DNA of 40,782 bases from Candidatus Woesearchaeota archaeon (GTDB taxonomy: Archaea > Nanobdellota > Nanobdellia > SCGC-AAA011-G17 > GW2011-AR20): positions 1 to 40,782 of the forward strand of contig CAYHTT010000003.1 in assembly GCA_964359725.1 (NCBI GenBank). The letters are read 5' to 3'. The notes under the pieces are model-generated. The model was not told where the DNA came from and searched no databases. It saw only the letters and a list, made by a program, of their open reading frames with translations. A program made the translations under genes and the position numbers. This document shows positions 36,682 to 40,782 of this stretch, one piece after another. How positions within the stretch are numbered: position 1 is the first letter of the stretch; each line of letters begins with the position of its first letter.

Positions 36682-36742
36682 TTTATAAATGTTTTAAATT
36701 GCTAAATTTTATCCCGTTATACTACCTAGTGTAGGAGGGCAC
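36682..36742 (+). promoter_or_regulatory. TATA box plus structured 5' leader of the rpl1 operon (candidate uL1 autoregulatory site)
   Basis: TTTATAAA at 36682-36689. The leader CCCG-T-TATACT-ACCT-AGTGTA-GGAGGG folds into two helices around an asymmetric loop and includes the SD. Confidence 0.5.
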
Positions 36743-37390
36743 ATGAATAAAGAAAATTTACTTAACATAATAAAACAATTAAAGAATTCTAGTAAAAGAA
36801 AGTTTAATCAAAAAGTTGATTTAATTATTAATCTTAAGGATATTAATTTAAAAAAGCCCGAAGAAAATGTTGATTTATTTATACCATTGCCAAATAATCC
36901 TGGAAAGCAAGTAAAGATTTGTGCTTTAGTTAGCAAGGAATTAAAAGAACAAGCAAATATTTTTGATAAAGTTATTTCAAAAGAAGAATTTAATGATTAT
37001 GAAGATAAAAAAGTATTAAAAAAATTAACTAAAGAATTTGATTTCTTTGTTGCACAAGCTAATGTAATGACTGATGTCGCAAAAGTATTTGGTAAGACTT
37101 TAGGTCCTCATGGAAAAATGCCTAATCCTAAATCGGGTGCTGTTATTACCCCAACTACAAATTTAAATGAGTTAAGAGAAAAACTACAAAGAACAGCTAG
37201 ATTAAAAACAAAAAACGAGCCAATAATAAAAGCAATAGTTGGTAATCAAAATATGAAAGAAGAAGAGATTGTTGATAATATAATTATAATATATGACGCA
37301 TTAATACATAGCTTGCCTCAAGGTCAAGCAAATATTAAAGATATTATATTAAAATTAACAATGAGCAAACCAATTAAATTAGAAAAATGA
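36743..37390 (+). CDS. rpl1: 50S ribosomal protein uL1
   Basis: KRKFNQKVDLIINLK, FDFFVAQA..M, G..LGP.GKMP.P, KLTMSKP. Confidence 0.96.
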   Translation: MNKENLLNIIKQLKNSSKRKFNQKVDLIINLKDINLKKPEENVDLFIPLPNNPGKQVKICALVSKELKEQANIFDKVISKEEFNDYEDKKVLKKLTKEFDFFVAQANVMTDVAKVFGKTLGPHGKMPNPKSGAVITPTTNLNELREKLQRTARLKTKNEPIIKAIVGNQNMKEEEIVDNIIIIYDALIHSLPQGQANIKDIILKLTMSKPIKLEK

Positions 37391-38412
37391 AACATGTAAG
37401 CGAGAAAAAGAAAAAAGAATTACAATATATAAAAGAATTACTTACTCAGTACGATGTAATTGGGATAGCTGATTTAACAAATTTACCTAGTCCACAACTC
37501 CAAAAATTAAAAAAGAAATTAGAAAATAAATTAAAAATAAAGATTACTAAAAAAAGATTAATTAGCTTAGCAATTGATGAAATTAAAAATAAAAATTTAT
37601 CAGGATTAAAACCTTATCTAAATAAATCAATACCTGCATTAGTATTAAGTAATGAAGATCCTTTTAAGTTATATAAATTAATTAAAGAAAATAAATCCAC
37701 AACTACAGCTAAACCAGGTCAAATATCTCCTAAAGATTTAACAATTGAACCAGGCCCAACTAATTTTCCTCCAGGACCTGTAATAGGTGAGCTTGGTGCA
37801 ATAGGATTAAAAACAGCTGTCGAATCTGGTAAAATAGTAATTAAACAAGGCAAAACAGTAGTTAAACAAAATGAAATAATAAAACCAGAAGTAGCTGCAA
37901 TATTAGCAAAGCTTGGTTTTGAGCCAATTGAAATTAGTCTAAATTTATTAGGATTTTATTATAATAATTTAGTTTATGATAAAAGTACATTAGATATAGA
38001 TGAAGAATCTTACTTACAAAATATTAAATTAGCATATGCACAAGCTTTAAAACTTGCTGAACATATTCAATATATTAGTAAGGATAATATTAAACAATTA
38101 TTACAAAAAGCATATTTACAAGCTAAATCATTATCTTTAAAAGAAAATATTACGGTGGATGAGACTTATAAAGAAACTAAAGTTGAAAAGATTAAAGAAC
38201 AACCTCAAGAAGAGATAAAAGAAATTAAGCAAGAGGAAAAGCTAGAAAAAGAAGAATTAGAAGAGAAAGAAGAAAAGAAAGAAGTTAAAAAAGAAGACTT
38301 TGTTGGTTATAGAGAAGAAACTGTTAAAAAGGCTCAAGAAATACTAACTAAATTACAAGATGAAAAAATAAAAGAGCAAGAAAAACCCAAACATAAAAGT
38401 ATGTGGGATTAA
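37387..38412 (+). CDS. rpl10: 50S ribosomal protein uL10 (archaeal P0)
   Basis: K.....L, LPS.QLQ, DPFKL, AKPGQ..P.D..I.PGPT.F.PGP..GEL, L.KLG.EP; Glu/Lys-rich tail. Confidence 0.95.
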   Translation: MKHVSEKKKKELQYIKELLTQYDVIGIADLTNLPSPQLQKLKKKLENKLKIKITKKRLISLAIDEIKNKNLSGLKPYLNKSIPALVLSNEDPFKLYKLIKENKSTTTAKPGQISPKDLTIEPGPTNFPPGPVIGELGAIGLKTAVESGKIVIKQGKTVVKQNEIIKPEVAAILAKLGFEPIEISLNLLGFYYNNLVYDKSTLDIDEESYLQNIKLAYAQALKLAEHIQYISKDNIKQLLQKAYLQAKSLSLKENITVDETYKETKVEKIKEQPQEEIKEIKQEEKLEKEELEEKEEKKEVKKEDFVGYREETVKKAQEILTKLQDEKIKEQEKPKHKSMWD

Positions 38413-38433
38413 TGATTAAGGAGGAATAAAAAC

Positions 38434-38721
38434 ATGGAGTATATATATGGCGCTTTATTATTGCATAAAGCTGGACAGCAAATTAATGAAGCAAATGTCA
38501 AAAAAGTCTTAGAAGCAGCTGGAACTAGGGTAGATGAAACTAAGGTTAAAGCTTTAGTTATTTCATTAGAAAATGTAAATATTGAAGAAGTAATTAAAGA
38601 AGCTACAGTTACTCAAGTAGTAGCACAACCAGTAGAAGCTAAAGTAGAGAAAGAAGAGAAAAAAGAGGAAAAAGTAAGTGAAGAAACAGCAGCTGCAGGA
38701 CTCTCAAGTTTGTTTGGCTAA
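38434..38721 (+). CDS. rpl12: Ribosomal stalk protein P1/L12p
   Basis: [23 protein letters not shown]-terminal [10 protein letters not shown]; SD AGGAGG. Confidence 0.97.
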   Translation: MEYIYGALLLHKAGQQINEANVKKVLEAAGTRVDETKVKALVISLENVNIEEVIKEATVTQVVAQPVEAKVEKEEKKEEKVSEETAAAGLSSLFG

Positions 38722-38764
38722 GGCTAAAACAAAAAATGACAATTTACAGTAATCTAGACTTAAT

Positions 38765-39640
38765 ATGGAAAAGAAAGAATTACTTAGCAAGCTTAATAAT
38801 TTAAAGAATGAAATTAATCAGTTAAGGAATAGGTTAAATAGTATTAGCAAAGATAAAGAGCTCTGGTTTAATAAAAAAGAATCATTAAAGCACGAAATTC
38901 AAAATATAATTAATGAATTTAAAACAAAAAAACAAGAAAAAGATGATTTAAATTTAGAAATAAAAAAGTCACAAGATGAAAGAGATAATTATAATAAAAA
39001 GGTTAAAGAATTAATTGAAAAGATTAAAATTCTAAATCAAAAAAAACTTGAATTTATTAAAAAACATAAAGTTAAAATTAATATTGATGTTATAAAGCAA
39101 AAGATTGAGGAATTAGAGTTTAGAATTGAGACAGAGGCTTTAAAATTAAATCGAGAAAATAGATTAATGAAGCAGATTAAAGATTTAAAAAAAATTTATA
39201 ATGAAAATTATGAACTAAAAGTTATTCTTGATGAAATCAATAGTTTAGATAAAGATATAAAAGATAATAGAAAAAAAGCAGATGAATTACATAATAAATT
39301 AAGTGAATTAAGTAAATCAAGAGGCTATGATTACTTGAGAGAGTATTCTAAAAAAATAGATGACTTAAAAAAAGTTCAGCAAGAGGCATTCAATAATTTT
39401 ATTAAGCTTAAAAATGAATTCTTACAAGTTAATAATGAATTAAAATCTAAACTTAATGAGGCTGCTTTAATAAAAAAAGAAATCGATGAAATTAATAGAA
39501 AAGATAAAATGGAAAAACAATTGAAAGCTGAAACTGAATTTAAAGAAAAGGAAAAACTAGTTGAGGAAAAACTTAAGACAAGTAAAAAACTAACAAAAGA
39601 TGATTTAATCTTTTTACAAAATGAACCCAATAATAAATGA
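38765..39640 (+). CDS. Archaeal coiled-coil protein (COG1340-like)
   Basis: Long heptad pattern; RD..N..VK, IEELEF.IET..L....E..L..QI, terminal K..KKLT.DDL..LQ. Confidence 0.7.
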   Translation: MEKKELLSKLNNLKNEINQLRNRLNSISKDKELWFNKKESLKHEIQNIINEFKTKKQEKDDLNLEIKKSQDERDNYNKKVKELIEKIKILNQKKLEFIKKHKVKINIDVIKQKIEELEFRIETEALKLNRENRLMKQIKDLKKIYNENYELKVILDEINSLDKDIKDNRKKADELHNKLSELSKSRGYDYLREYSKKIDDLKKVQQEAFNNFIKLKNEFLQVNNELKSKLNEAALIKKEIDEINRKDKMEKQLKAETEFKEKEKLVEEKLKTSKKLTKDDLIFLQNEPNNK

Positions 39641-40076
39641 AATTTTGTTAAGCTTATTACCTATTTCAGAATTACGTGGTAGTATTCCTTATGCAATTAG
39701 TCAAGGTGTTAATCCCGGATTAGCTTTTGTTGTTGGAGTAATATCAAATTTCTTAGTAGCCCCAATATTATTTTTTTTCCTAGATAATTTACATAAATAT
39801 TTTTTAAAAATCAAAACTTATGAAAAGTTATTTAATAAATATGTTGAAAGAAATAGAAAAAAATTTGAAAAGCATGTTGGAACTAAATTTGAATTTTGGG
39901 CTTTAGTAATCTTCATAGCTATACCCGCCCCATTAACCGGTGTATATTCTGCTACTATAATAGCTTGGTTTTTTAATTTGAAAAGAAGAAAATCTTATTT
40001 AGCATTATTTTTAGGTACATTAGGTGCTGGCATAATTGTTACATTAATTACTTTAGGAATAATTAGTTTATTTTAG
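39621..40076 (+). CDS. Small multidrug-export-like membrane protein (COG2426 family)
   Basis: LLPISELRGSIP and FIAIP.PLTGVYS motifs; 4 TMs. Confidence 0.88.
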   Translation: MNPIINEILLSLLPISELRGSIPYAISQGVNPGLAFVVGVISNFLVAPILFFFLDNLHKYFLKIKTYEKLFNKYVERNRKKFEKHVGTKFEFWALVIFIAIPAPLTGVYSATIIAWFFNLKRRKSYLALFLGTLGAGIIVTLITLGIISLF

Positions 40077-40110
40077 TAAGTTATTTAAGTTAAATTAATT
40101 TAACAAGATA

Positions 40111-40647
40111 ATGAAAAAATATTACTATTATTTATTTGGATTAATTGCTTTAATAATTAGTTTTATTTTTGATAAGCAAATTATTAGTTTTATTGTAGCG
40201 AATAGATTAGAATTTTTAAATAAATTTTTCATATTATTAGATTATATTAATGGATTTGTAATATTTATAATTAGTTTAGCAATATTATATTTTAATAAAG
40301 ACAAGAAAAGAATTCCTTACTTAATATTAGCATTTTTATTTTACGCTGTAATAGTATTTTTCTTAAAAGAATTTATAGCAAGACCAAGACCATATACTTT
40401 TGGTATTTATGCATTAATTCCAGATACAAATTTTAGCTTTCCAAGTGGTCATACTACTGCTATTTTTACAGCTTTGCCATTTATGAAGAAATTTAAGAAT
40501 ATTTATTATATTTATATTATATTTGCAATATTAATAGCGTTTTCAAGGATTTATCTTGGGGTACATTATTTAAGTGATGTAATAGCTGGTATTTTACTAG
40601 GATTATTAATAAGTAATTTTATATTAAAAAAAGGCAAAATATGGTAA
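40111..40647 (+). CDS. PAP2-family lipid phosphatase
   Basis: K....RPRP, SFPSGH, SRIYLGVHYLSDV.AG. Confidence 0.93.
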   Translation: MKKYYYYLFGLIALIISFIFDKQIISFIVANRLEFLNKFFILLDYINGFVIFIISLAILYFNKDKKRIPYLILAFLFYAVIVFFLKEFIARPRPYTFGIYALIPDTNFSFPSGHTTAIFTALPFMKKFKNIYYIYIIFAILIAFSRIYLGVHYLSDVIAGILLGLLISNFILKKGKIW

Positions 40648-40720
40648 GAAACACTACCGAAAGGTTTAAATATGGGTTATAACTCTCAAATAATAACATA
40701 CTTTAGGGGGTCTTAATAAA

Positions 40721-40782
40721 ATGAAAAAATTTACAATTATTAGTATATTGGTTTTATTTTTAGCTATTTTAGCATTTAATGT
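40721..40782 (+). CDS. 3'-truncated CDS beginning with a signal peptide/TM segment
   Basis: MKKFTIISILVLFLAILAFN... runs off the window; AGGGGGT SD-like element upstream. Confidence 0.6.
   Translation, partial: MKKFTIISILVLFLAILAFN

Noticed and set aside
4668-39630. Short ORFs at 4668, 10447, 16457, 17831, 19975, 20317, 23311, 28556, 29899, 32894, 36055, 36291 and 39376
   Set aside because: Each lies wholly or largely antisense to a better-supported gene and has no recognisable features.
38765-39640. SMC/Rad50 ATPase or defence-associated coiled coil
   Set aside because: No Walker motifs; resembles the common archaeal coiled-coil family.
1-40782. Bacterial (CPR) origin or alternative genetic code
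   Set aside because: Multiple archaea-specific genes; long ORFs are intact under the standard code and TGA is used as a stop (e.g. SET/PAP2 and TrmB/LAGLIDADG overlaps).

Overview
Very AT-rich, gene-dense archaeal chromosomal segment. Archaeal markers include GatD/GatE, aTrm56, archaeal-type AspRS and Cmk, an uL1-uL10(P0)-P1/L12 operon, a TrmB regulator, DUF357 and an intron-containing tRNA-Ser(CGA). Compact genes and divergent proteins suggest a DPANN lineage such as Woesearchaeales (inference, not tested). Housekeeping genes (asnS, aspS, gatDE, tldD/pmbA, ftsZ, ttuA-Ubl-E1 sulfur relay, cmk, thyX-like, ribB, secF/secD, ribosomal stalk) are interleaved with accessory genes. Most notable: (1) a complete long RelA/SpoT homologue (HD-SYNTH-TGS-ZFD-ACT) in an archaeal context; (2) bacterial-style exported proteins, namely a T9SS C-terminal sorting domain missed by the ORF track and a lipoprotein plus Tat-lipoprotein pair; (3) a TrmB/free-standing LAGLIDADG cassette coupled to a GatE that lacks its insertion domain; (4) a permuted papain-like peptidase between a ubiquitin-like gene and its E1; (5) a multi-hairpin element with repeated TTGGCG loops upstream of ftsZ. 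No CRISPR array, rRNA, transposase or integrase was seen. All family calls come from motif recognition by eye; no searches were run.
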